DNA of 64,000 nucleotides from an uncultured Chloroflexia bacterium (GTDB taxonomy: Bacteria > Chloroflexota > Limnocylindria > Limnocylindrales > CSP1-4): assembly GCA_963833225.1 (NCBI GenBank), contig CAWHXD010000007.1, forward strand, positions 512,001 through 576,000, given 5' to 3'. The number at the start of each line of letters is the position of its first letter. Positions within the stretch are counted from its first letter, which is position 1. Positions 42,614 to 51,487 of the stretch are shown in pieces. Below the pieces are notes generated by a model. The model did not search any database, was not told where the DNA came from, and worked only from the letters and a program-made list of their open reading frames with translations. The translations under genes were made by a program, and so were the position numbers.

Positions 42614-43843
42614 CTACGCGCGGGCGGGCAGCGTCCTCCCGAACAGCGAGAACCCCGCCTTTGCCGGTTGGGTGCTCGGGCGGCCGATGATGCGGTCGGC
42701 AAGCACGGCGAAGTCCTGGGTGATCCCGTGTCCAGGTGCAAGCTCGACGAGCGTCCGGCCCTCGTTCGCGGCCCTGACCATGACCGGGCCGGCCGACCGG
42801 ATCTGGGCGTAGGCCGGCACGCCGATGGCCTGCTCGATGTCCGCGGTCGGGACGCCGGTGTTGGCCCGGTTGATGACGAGCTGCAGGCGCTCGCGCATGC
42901 CCAGCTCGTCAGCGATCTCGCGGAGCTTGACCACGGCTCGGATCGCCGGGAGGTCCGGGGTCACCGGGACCAGGATCCGGTCGGCCTTGTCGAACACCGC
43001 TCGATTGAGGGGGCTGTACGACGGGTGCAGGTCGACGATGACGTACTCGACGGACCGCCGGGCGGCGGCGATGGAGGCAGCGACGCGATCGGGGTCGAGG
43101 ATCTCCGTGTGGATGGGGCTCGAGGAGAGTGGCAGCACGCGCATCCCCGACGGGTGGGCCGACGCGAGGTCGAAGAACGGGAGCACGGGCGCACCGTCGA
43201 GCTCGTCTCGCCAGGCATCGACAACGGTCGCCACCCCGTCCATGCCAAGCGAGGTGCTGACGTGGCCGGTGACGGTGTCCGCATCGATGAGCAGGACGCC
43301 GAGGCCCCGGCTTGCCAGCATCGCGGCGAGGTTGGTGGCAACCGTCGTCTTGCCGACGCCGCCCTTGGGGTTGAACACGGCGACCAGCTGGCCGCGCCGA
43401 CCCCAGTCGCTGGGATTCAGCGAGCCCTGGAGGACCGGGCCGGAGCCGTCATCGACGGCGACCGACCGGATGCACATCGCCTCGACCCGCCAGCGGATGG
43501 CCTCCGCCGAGTAGGGACGGGTGAGGTACTCGTCATCATCGTGACCGGGACCCGAGAGATCGAGCGAGTCCATGCTCGCCGGGTTGACGATCATGAGCGC
43601 CGGGATCGAGTGGTGGGATGCGTGGAGCAGCGACCATGCCTGGCTCGCCAGCTCGGGCTCGACCTCGGCGTCGACGATCCCCACCGCGATGTCCTTGCGC
43701 TCCGCGAGGAGTGTGGCCAGGTCGCGGACGTGGTCAAGCAGGATCGGGTCGTACCCGCCGGCGTGGAGCTCGGCGGCGACGGGATCACGCTCGGTCGCCG
43801 GCAGGAGGATTGCGACTGCCGGTCGGGAGGGGGACGGCGCCAT
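42614..43843 (-). CDS. Receiver-like domain plus MinD/ParA/CpaE-family ATPase
   Basis: KGGVGKTT deviant Walker A, LLIDAD, YVIVD, N-terminal REC-like fold (EYLTRPY). Confidence 0.88.
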   Translation of the reverse strand: MAPSPSRPAVAILLPATERDPVAAELHAGGYDPILLDHVRDLATLLAERKDIAVGIVDAEVEPELASQAWSLLHASHHSIPALMIVNPASMDSLDLSGPGHDDDEYLTRPYSAEAIRWRVEAMCIRSVAVDDGSGPVLQGSLNPSDWGRRGQLVAVFNPKGGVGKTTVATNLAAMLASRGLGVLLIDADTVTGHVSTSLGMDGVATVVDAWRDELDGAPVLPFFDLASAHPSGMRVLPLSSSPIHTEILDPDRVAASIAAARRSVEYVIVDLHPSYSPLNRAVFDKADRILVPVTPDLPAIRAVVKLREIADELGMRERLQLVINRANTGVPTADIEQAIGVPAYAQIRSAGPVMVRAANEGRTLVELAPGHGITQDFAVLADRIIGRPSTQPAKAGFSLFGRTLPARA

Positions 43844-43848
43844 GGTGA

Positions 43849-45549
43849 TCAACCTTCGGCTTCGGGATCGCGCGCGGTGACGTGGACCGAGCTGTCGTCG
43901 GTGCTGGTCACGCGGGCGGCGAAGCCCGGCATGGTCGGCAGCGCGTCGCGGAAGGACACGTCGGGCCGATGGGTCACGTTGAACACGAACTCGCCGTCCG
44001 GTCCGGATGCGACGGCCACGGTCTGGACACCGGCAAGCCGGCCCAGGTGGCGCTTGAAGCTGGCGATGCTGGCGACAGAGACGAGCCCCGACACGATCAC
44101 CTGCGTCGTGCGCGGTTCCCCGTCGGCCGGTCCCTCGGCATGGTTCGGCAGCAGCGACGCGAGCCGGTCCGTGTACGACTCCTCGATTCCGCCGGCGCCG
44201 ATGCGCGCCGCCAGCGCGGCGGCGGCCTCGGGATCGAGGTCGGCCGCGGTCTCGTCCTGATCGGCCGACCCGGAGGCAGGTTCGGCCTGATCGCCGGACT
44301 CGGCCGCGGACTCGGCCGCGGTCATCATCTCGCCGCGATCGGCCGGTTCGCCGGTCGCGCCATCGGTCGCGGATCCCTCGGCCGTCGCGACCGCTTCCCA
44401 GGTCGGGACATCGGCATCCGCGGTGTACGCGCCGGAGCCGTCATCATCAAGCGGCTCGGGCTCGGCTGCCACCGGCTTGCGGGACCCTCCCCAGGCGCTG
44501 TCGGCCTCGCGCCAGGGCGAGGGGGCTGGCACGGGCAGGTCGGTGACCGCCGTGGCGGACGCTGGATCATCGGTGTCATCGGACGCTGCCACCACGTCGG
44601 CGACCGGGTTGGCCTCGACGGTCTCCTGGGCGGGCGTGGCGACGACCGCCTCGGGCTCGGCACTCTCAGGTTCGGCTGCCGTTGACGGAACCGCCTCCAC
44701 CTCCACCGTCTCGGCGGCGGCCTCAGGCTCCACGTCCACCGTCTCCACGGCAGCCTCTGCCTCATCGGCCTCGGTGACCGTGGCCGCGGACAGGTCAAGC
44801 TGGAGATCGCCGAGATCGGCGAGGGTGTCGAGAGCCGGCGGCTCCGGCATGGATTCGGCCATCGTCGCGAGCCGCGCGGGATCATCCTCGCTGGAGAGTC
44901 GCTCGGTGTAGGTTTCGATCTCCGTCCGGAATGCGGCGGCGGCCGTCTCGACCTCGCCCACCCGCTGCTCGATGGCGGCGGCGTGCGCGGCGAGCTCCCC
45001 GTCAAGCCCAAGCTTGCGGGCGCTGATGCGGCTCTCCGTCTCTTCCTTGATCCGCGCGATCTCGGCGCGCGACCATTCCTTGATCTTCGTGATGTCCTCA
45101 TCGGACCGGACCCGGAGGAGGTCCTCGCCTTCCTTCGAGCCCGCGCGGATCTGCTCCACGACGGCGGCGACGTCCGCTTCGACCTGGGTCAGGGCCCCGT
45201 CACGGGCCGACTCCGCCGTTGCCCGGATGGCAGCTGAGAGATCCGCCATGAGCTTGGTGGGCTTCCTGGGTGCCACGGGAGCCGGGGGCGGGGCGGATTC
45301 CATGTCGATCATCTCGGGCTCCTGGGCATCGGGCTGGGTGGGGTCGGCTGATAGGTCGGTGGCGCTCTGCCGGTTGGTGGACCGCGGTGTTGCGCTCACG
45401 TCGGATGCGGGCCATGCGACCGCGTCGGTCGCCGGCCGCTCGGTCCCCTCGGCGACCATCTCCGCGCCGTCGCCCGAGGGATCGGTGTCTTGCGTGCGAT
45501 CAGAACTCCAGGGGAGGCGGAAGCCGGAGCGCGTGTCGGTGGTCGCCAT
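43849..45549 (-). CDS. Acidic coiled-coil protein with C-terminal ferredoxin/ACT-like domain
   Basis: Heptad-rich region, long acidic linker, compact C-terminal domain (TQVIVSGLVSVASIASFKRHL..). Abuts the ATPase gene. Confidence 0.75.
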   Translation of the reverse strand: MATTDTRSGFRLPWSSDRTQDTDPSGDGAEMVAEGTERPATDAVAWPASDVSATPRSTNRQSATDLSADPTQPDAQEPEMIDMESAPPPAPVAPRKPTKLMADLSAAIRATAESARDGALTQVEADVAAVVEQIRAGSKEGEDLLRVRSDEDITKIKEWSRAEIARIKEETESRISARKLGLDGELAAHAAAIEQRVGEVETAAAAFRTEIETYTERLSSEDDPARLATMAESMPEPPALDTLADLGDLQLDLSAATVTEADEAEAAVETVDVEPEAAAETVEVEAVPSTAAEPESAEPEAVVATPAQETVEANPVADVVAASDDTDDPASATAVTDLPVPAPSPWREADSAWGGSRKPVAAEPEPLDDDGSGAYTADADVPTWEAVATAEGSATDGATGEPADRGEMMTAAESAAESGDQAEPASGSADQDETAADLDPEAAAALAARIGAGGIEESYTDRLASLLPNHAEGPADGEPRTTQVIVSGLVSVASIASFKRHLGRLAGVQTVAVASGPDGEFVFNVTHRPDVSFRDALPTMPGFAARVTSTDDSSVHVTARDPEAEG

Positions 45550-45762
45550 GGGTGGGGCACTCTTCCTCGTGAACGGCTGGCAGGGCCGGGGCCTATGTGC
45601 ACCATAGGCGGCGAAGTGGGCTGTGGTGCAGTCGCTAGAGGTACCAGCCGGGTGTCCCGGTGGTACCGGGACGCACCACCGTTTCGTTCGATCGAGATCC
45701 GCGTGCCGCAGGCTGGAGCCGCCCCGTGACTCATCTCGTCAGCCCGCCCTACCATGGGGGTC

Positions 45763-46838
45763 ATGCAGCCCTTCCAGCACGCTGAGCTCGCCGCCGGTGA
45801 CGCCTTCGACGGCCGCCCCGGACAAGTCCGACCGGTTCGGGCGCGCGCTGCGTGACCTGCGGATCTCGGTGACCGACCGCTGCAACTTCCGCTGCCCCTA
45901 CTGCATGCCGGCCGAGCTGTTCGGGCGCGACTTCGCCTTCCTGCCGCGCGACCAGGTGCTCTCGTTCGAGGAGGTCACGAGACTTGCCGCGATCTTCGTC
46001 GGGCTGGGAGTGACCAAGCTGCGGATCACGGGCGGCGAGCCCCTCGTCCGCCGCGATCTCCCGGTCCTGATCTCGGAGCTCGCGGGGCTCCGCACGCCGG
46101 ACGGGGAGGTCGTCGACCTCACCCTGACGACCAACGGTTCCGCCCTCCGGCCGCTCGCCGGCGCGCTGCGGGATGCGGGGCTCGGACGGATCACGGTGTC
46201 GCTCGACTCCCTCGACGACGAGATCTTCGGGCGCATGAACGGGGTGGACTTCCCGGTGTCGAGGGTGCTCGAGGGGATCGCCGCGGCGCGGTCGGCCGGA
46301 CTCGCCCCGATCAAGGTCAACACCGTCGTCCGGCGTGGCCTCAACGAGGCATCGATCCTGCCCCTGGCGCGCTGGGCGCGCGAGGAGGGGCTGATCCTGC
46401 GGTTCATCGAGTACATGGACGTGGGGACGACCAATGGCTGGCGGCTCGACGACGTCGTGCCGGCCGATGAGATCCTCGCGAATGATCGATGCCGAGCTGC
46501 CCCTTGAGCCCGTGGCGGCCAACTACCGCGGCGAGGTCGCGGGGCGTTACCGGTACCTCGACGGCGGCGGCGAGCTCGGCGTGATCGCTTCCGTGACGCG
46601 GCCCTTCTGCGGTGATTGCACGCGAGCCCGCCTCTCCGCCGAGGGCTCGCTCTACACGTGTCTGTTCGCCGCGACAGGGACGGATCTCAAGGGGCCGTTG
46701 CGGGACGGGGAGAACGACCAGCAGCTTGCGGACCGGATCCGTGCGGTCTGGACGGTCAGGGCCGATCGGTATTCCGAGCTCCGGAGCGAGGCGACCGAGC
46801 GGCTGCCAAAGGTGGAGATGTTCGCCCTCGGCGGGTGA
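45763..46838 (+). CDS. moaA: GTP 3',8-cyclase (frameshifts near 45780 and 46480)
   Basis: [35 protein letters not shown]-terminal GG. TACCAT 7 nt before ATG 45763; in-frame GTG 45797 is the alternative start. Confidence 0.94.
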
Positions 46839-46930
46839 CGGGACATCACTCGGAGCTCGCGGAGCCTATGCTCCGGGGCGGGCCTGCGGCTGGTCCCGCC
46901 CGGCGGCCCGGACCGGACCGGCCCGGCGGC

Positions 46931-47086
46931 TCGGCCCGGCGGCTCGGCCCGGGCCCGGCTCCAGCTGGCCCGGTCCGGCTCGAGCTGGCCCGTTGGCGCG
47001 GCCCGGGCCCGGCTCCGGCTGGCCCGGCGGCTCCGTGCTGGCCCGTTGGCGCGGCCCGGGCCCGGCTCCGGCTGGCCCGGCGGCTC
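46931..47086. repeat. GC-rich direct repeats, 53-bp period
   Basis: Identical 50-mers at 46984-47033 and 47037-47086, with a degenerate copy upstream. Confidence 0.85.
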
Positions 47087-47226
47087 GCGTGGCGGTCGTT
47101 GGGATGTGCCGCACGATGTCGTGCCCGTACGGCGGGCGACTCGATGCCACATAGGCGCCCGGGACCATGATCCTGAACGTCGAGCGGGAGCGACGATGAC
47201 CGGACCATCGCAATGGCCGGAGGGCG

Positions 47227-47277
47227 GGCCCCGCCGCGAGCAACGGGAGGCCCCGCCGCGAGCAACGGGAGGCCCCG
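47227..47277. repeat. 22-bp tandem repeat GGCCCCGCCGCGAGCAACGGGA
   Basis: Exact copies at 47227 and 47249 plus a partial third. Confidence 0.85.
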
Positions 47278-47324
47278 GCCCTCCACGTAAGTCGGCCGTA
47301 AGTGCCCCGCGGGATCATTCGCCC

Positions 47325-48101
47325 ATGGGAACCCGAGAGTCGCCGGCGGATCGAGGCCGGAGAGCGGCACGGGTCATGCTGGGCATGTGCCTCAGCGAGC
47401 TTCGCGGTGCACGGATGGCCGGCGGGCTCAGCCAGCGGGAGCTTGGGGCTGCCAGCGGCGCGAGCCGGCAGCGTGTCGCCCGGCTGGAACGGGGTGAGGT
47501 CGCCACCCCGGACCTGACGCTGATCGGGTCAATGGCTGCCGTGCTCGGGCTCGCCATGCGCATCTCCATGTATCCGGAGGGCGAGCCAGTCCACGACCGC
47601 GTCCAGCTCCGTCTGCTGGCGACCTTCCGCGACCGCCTCCACCGATCGATCAGGTGGCGCACCGAGGTCCCGCTCCCGATTCCCGGGGACAGGCGCGCAT
47701 GGGACGCCGTCGCGATCAGCGAGGACGGCGGCTGGACGGGCATCGAGGGGATCAGCCGCATGGGCGCAGTTGACGCCACGCTGCGACGCGTGAACCAGAA
47801 GCAGCGCGACGACCCCAGGGTCACCCGGGTCGTGTTGGTCATCAGCGACACGGTTCGCAACCGGGACGCGCTCCGGCTGGGGGTCGCGACCGTTCGCTCG
47901 GACTACCCCCTCGAGACCAGGGGTGTGCTCGAGGCGCTCGGTCGCGGCCGGACGCCACCCCTGAACGGGGTTGCAGTCATTCGCGTCTCAGCGGATCGTC
48001 CACAGGCTGTCCACACCCGTGGGAAACTCGTGGACGGCGAGGCCCGGTCGTCCGCGGACTTCGTGGACAACCCCGTTGGACGCCTGCCGCCGGGCCGGTA
48101 G
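47325..48101 (+). CDS. XRE-family HTH fused to a PD-(D/E)xK nuclease-like domain
   Basis: LRGARMAGGLSQRELG..VARLERG HTH, then WRTEVPL..RAWDAV..GIEGISR. Confidence 0.75.
   Translation: MGTRESPADRGRRAARVMLGMCLSELRGARMAGGLSQRELGAASGASRQRVARLERGEVATPDLTLIGSMAAVLGLAMRISMYPEGEPVHDRVQLRLLATFRDRLHRSIRWRTEVPLPIPGDRRAWDAVAISEDGGWTGIEGISRMGAVDATLRRVNQKQRDDPRVTRVVLVISDTVRNRDALRLGVATVRSDYPLETRGVLEALGRGRTPPLNGVAVIRVSADRPQAVHTRGKLVDGEARSSADFVDNPVGRLPPGR
47996..48070. promoter_or_regulatory. Phased cluster of DnaA-box-like 9-mers
   Basis: TCGTCCACA 47996, CTGTCCACA 48007, reverse boxes at 48018, 48029 and 48062 (TTGTCCACG). All offsets are multiples of 11. Confidence 0.6.
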
Positions 48102-48104
48102 CGT
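48076..48104 (+). promoter_or_regulatory. Sigma70-type promoter for the downstream ncRNA
   Basis: TTGGAC-17 nt-TAGCGT, 6 nt before the predicted 5' stem at 48111. Confidence 0.5.
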
Positions 48105-48110
48105 ACCCAG

Positions 48111-48435
48111 TGTCCGAGGGGGCCGACGGAGGCCCGCAGCGGAGGAGATCACCTCAAGGACGCTGCACCCGGTCAGGCCGAGATCACCTCAAGGCCCGAC
48201 TGGCGCCCGGCCCGCGATCACATCAAGGGTCGGTGCGCTCTCCGGTTTCCTCGGACGCTTCGTCACCACCGCAGGGTGGCCCGCGAGGGTCGGCCCGCGA
48301 TGGGCGCCCGGAAGGACGCGATCGGCATCCCGGTGTCGGTACTCCTGCCGGGCGTCGAAGTTTAAGGCGCACCGCTTCGCGCCACTCGAGGTGCACCGCG
48401 GGTCGCTGGCGCGGAATAGGGCCTGGGCCCGGACA
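48111..48435 (+). ncRNA. Candidate ~325-nt rod-shaped RNA (6S/Ms1-like) with repeated hairpin motif
   Basis: Nested complementary segments from TGTCCG/CGGACA inward to GACGC/GCGTC. Three copies of GAGATCACCTCAAGG (third has two mismatches). No credible ORF. Confidence 0.55.
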
Positions 48436-48455
48436 GGGTCCGGAACCGCCTCAGC

Positions 48456-49133
48456 TCACGCGTCCAGGGTTCGCCTCGGGGCCTCCGCCGGAGCCCGGTC
48501 GATCGTCGGGTCCGTCCCGGGCGAGGCGCAAACGTAGTAGCGCAGCCGGTGGCGGCCGTCGTTGCGAACGCGATGACGACGACCGGGCAGGATCCGGATC
48601 CCCTTGAGCGGTTCGAGGATCTCCTCCACGCTGCCCACCTGGATCGTCCCGCGGCCCTCGAACACCACGATCGCGTGCTCCGATCCGGGATGCCGGTGCC
48701 AGGCATCCTCGTGACCGGGAGCGATCTCGACCTCGGTCACCGTGAATGTCACGGACCCGAAATCGCCGGGCTCGACAAGCAGCGTGCGGCGGATTCCGTC
48801 GTCTCCGACAACCCGTGCCTCGGACCGCCGGCGGACCGGCTCGCCATCGTCGTGCCAGCGGGGCAGCGCCACCCCGGCCCGCGCTGGATCGATCTCGACC
48901 GCGGCCATCAGGGCCAGCGCGTCGAGGGTCCCCTCGTTGCGGACCCGGTGCAGCTCGGCCGGTGCCTCGTAGAGCACGTCACCCGCCGTGACGACCGCCC
49001 TGCGGGACATCCCGTCGCCATGCTCGAACACGAGCTCGCCACCGGCGAGATACACGATGCTCTCGACGCCGTGGCGGTGGGGGCCGATCTCCACTCCGGG
49101 CGCGATCCGGTTGAACTCGAGGCGGATCGTCAT
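48456..49133 (-). CDS. Tandem cupin domain protein
   Basis: Two HxH..E..H cupin motifs (PHRHGVES..ELHRVRN; WHRHPGSE..RHRVRN). Confidence 0.88.
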   Translation of the reverse strand: MTIRLEFNRIAPGVEIGPHRHGVESIVYLAGGELVFEHGDGMSRRAVVTAGDVLYEAPAELHRVRNEGTLDALALMAAVEIDPARAGVALPRWHDDGEPVRRRSEARVVGDDGIRRTLLVEPGDFGSVTFTVTEVEIAPGHEDAWHRHPGSEHAIVVFEGRGTIQVGSVEEILEPLKGIRILPGRRHRVRNDGRHRLRYYVCASPGTDPTIDRAPAEAPRRTLDA

Positions 49134-49152
49134 CGGGTGGTCCCCGGTGCCG

Positions 49153-50010
49153 TCACGTGACCGGCAGCTCTCGCCCTGCGGCGCGCGCGGCCTCGCGCTT
49201 CTGTGCCCAGGCCGCGAGCACGTTGTCCTTGTGAGGCCGGATGGGGCAGTGCTCGTCGCGGTTGTTGAACTCGTCGCAGTAGCCCAGCGGGACGCACTTG
49301 GGCGCCAGGAACGATCCCAGGAACGGCGACACCCCGAAGATCTCGTGGCGCATGAGCTGGAACAGCCGCCGGATCTCCCATTGGGCCATGGTGCACAGGC
49401 GAAGCCCGGACATGTGGATCAGTGCCCGGAGGTTCGTGGTCATCACCAGGTTCGTCCGGGTTGCGTTGGGGAAGACGAACCGGGCGTCCTCGCCGGGCAC
49501 CCCGGCGTCGACCAGCTCCGAGTACAGGCCGAGCGCCCCGTCCACCTGTTCCTCGTACCGGGAGCGCAGTCCGGGATCTCCCTCGGCGATGGTTGCCGGC
49601 AGCATCGTGGCCGCACCCTTGTACTTGACGTACCGCTGGCTCTGCTGGTCGAAGGCGACGCCCGCGCGATGGCGGACCAGCTGGTGCGACAGCGTGCGCG
49701 ACACGCCCGACAGGCCGAACGTGAACACGATGTGCTCGATGGTGGAGCCGTGCCCGGACTCGATGACGTTGGAGATCAGGCGCTGCATCGAGGCCGGGGC
49801 GACCTCCCCCTCCACCGCCCGCCGGAAGATCTCCTGCGGCTCCAGCTCCGAGTAGCAGGTGCGGCAGGCGGTGTACACCAGCGGCACGTAATACCGCTCC
49901 ACGATCTCCCTGGTGGGGAACAGGAGCGTGGCCTTCATTCCCAGCTCGTGGCGACCGGGATTGCGCGGGATGGCGGTCTTGGGTCGGCCGGGAACGGGTG
50001 CCTGTGCCAT
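49153..50010 (-). CDS. thyX: Flavin-dependent thymidylate synthase
   Basis: GHGSTIEH, SHQLVRHR..QQSQRY, EDARFVFP, AQWEIR. Confidence 0.95.
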   Translation of the reverse strand: MAQAPVPGRPKTAIPRNPGRHELGMKATLLFPTREIVERYYVPLVYTACRTCYSELEPQEIFRRAVEGEVAPASMQRLISNVIESGHGSTIEHIVFTFGLSGVSRTLSHQLVRHRAGVAFDQQSQRYVKYKGAATMLPATIAEGDPGLRSRYEEQVDGALGLYSELVDAGVPGEDARFVFPNATRTNLVMTTNLRALIHMSGLRLCTMAQWEIRRLFQLMRHEIFGVSPFLGSFLAPKCVPLGYCDEFNNRDEHCPIRPHKDNVLAAWAQKREAARAAGRELPVT

Positions 50011-50072
50011 GGTCCGAAGTCTACCGGCCGGTGGTCGAGGCGGGTACCCGTCGATTTGCGGGGCCCCACGCG

Positions 50073-51407
50073 TTACGACCCCGAGCGCGCCATCCGGCTC
50101 GCGAGCGCCCGCCGGTCGGCGTCCCGGAACCATGTCCAGTACAGGCCGGTCGCGATCGTGTACAGGCCGATGATCGTCACGAAGTTCACCGCGTAGCCGC
50201 CCTCGAAGCCGAGGGTCGCCTGGAGCACCGCGTACCACGCCCCGCCCACGACCCAGCCCACCTGCCACAGCACGCTCATCGCCGCCGCCAGCGAGGCCCG
50301 CTCCACCGGCGCGACCTGCTCCATCGAGAACGCGTTGAAGATCGGATTGCCGGCGTTCATCAGCGAGTTCCGCACCGCCATCGCGAGGACGACGGACCAC
50401 AGCAGGGGCGAGAAGCCGAGCACCACCAGGAACGGGATCGATGCGCCCTGGACGAGGACCACCGAGGTGATCTGCCCGAACCGTCGCGCCAGCCGTGGCT
50501 GGGCGAGGATCGCGAGCACCGTCCCCAGCGATGTGAACGCGAACACGGCGTTGAGCTGGGCGAGGTCCAGGCCGAACTTGCCCTGCACGAAGATGTTGAG
50601 GAACGGGATCACCTGGCCGGCACCAACCGAGATCAGGAACCCGGGGAACACGAGCTTGGCGAACCGGCCGCGGTCACGGACCTGGATGCCGAGTCGAGCT
50701 CGGCGCCGTCGTGGGTCGGCCGGGAATGCCGCGGGCTCACCCAGCCGCCGGAGCCTGGATCCCTCCGTCCGCGAGGGGCGATCGTCGGTCAGCCTGCCCA
50801 CCGTGACCAGGCCAAGGGCGGACAGCCCCAGCATCAGGACGAGGATCACGCGGTAGACGCCGGGCCCACCCGGCGTGAACCCGAGCCACGACGCGACTGC
50901 CGTCGCCACCACCCCGCCGAGGATGGCCGCGACGATGTTGGTCACGTTCTGGATCGCGAACTGGGCGGCGAACAGCTCGTTGCGGTGCTCGGGCTCGCTG
51001 TGCTCGGTCATGAATGGCGCGATCACGACGTTGAAGGCGTTGAACCCCATCGTCCACAATGCCGCGGCCACGATCACGACCACCAGCGCCTCGGACACGA
51101 GAAGGGCCACCAGCGCCACGATCCCGGCGATGATCCCCCCGAACAGCACGGCGCGCCGTCCGATCCGGTCCGAGATTGCCGAAGCCGGGAAGGCCACGAG
51201 GCCACCGGCGAGCGAGGCGAGGGTCGACACCAGCCCGATCGTCGCCGGCTCGAACCCGAGGGCGCCGAGGTAGAGATTGAAGTCGATCCACCACAGGCTG
51301 ACGGCCGCGCCGCTCACGAGGCTGGTGACGAGGATCAGGCGCGCGTCGGGGTGGAAGCGACCAAAGGCGCGATGGCGGAGGGACGAGGATCGCCCCGGGG
51401 TGGTCAC
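50073..51407 (-). CDS. MFS transporter
   Basis: About 12 TM helices, SDRIGRR motif A. Confidence 0.92.
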   Translation of the reverse strand: MTTPGRSSSLRHRAFGRFHPDARLILVTSLVSGAAVSLWWIDFNLYLGALGFEPATIGLVSTLASLAGGLVAFPASAISDRIGRRAVLFGGIIAGIVALVALLVSEALVVVIVAAALWTMGFNAFNVVIAPFMTEHSEPEHRNELFAAQFAIQNVTNIVAAILGGVVATAVASWLGFTPGGPGVYRVILVLMLGLSALGLVTVGRLTDDRPSRTEGSRLRRLGEPAAFPADPRRRRARLGIQVRDRGRFAKLVFPGFLISVGAGQVIPFLNIFVQGKFGLDLAQLNAVFAFTSLGTVLAILAQPRLARRFGQITSVVLVQGASIPFLVVLGFSPLLWSVVLAMAVRNSLMNAGNPIFNAFSMEQVAPVERASLAAAMSVLWQVGWVVGGAWYAVLQATLGFEGGYAVNFVTIIGLYTIATGLYWTWFRDADRRALASRMARSGS

Positions 51408-51487
51408 CCCTCAGCGATGATGTCGCGGGCCACGGGCACAGCGACGGACAGGTTGATCGGCTGGACCCTGGGGCTCACGAAGTCATG

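Noticed and set aside
47996-48070. Chromosomal oriC
   Set aside because: No dnaA/dnaN neighbourhood and no AT-rich unwinding element. Retained only as a DnaA-box-like cluster.
48145-48228. Mini CRISPR array from the three 15-nt repeats
   Set aside because: Repeats and the 19-20-nt spacers are too short, the spacers pair with the flanks to form stems, and there are no cas genes in the window.
48111-48450. tmRNA, RNase P RNA, SRP RNA or group II intron
   Set aside because: No tRNA-like ends, no GAGGAAAGTCC, no SRP helix-8 GGAAG/AGCAG motif and no domain V signature were recognised.
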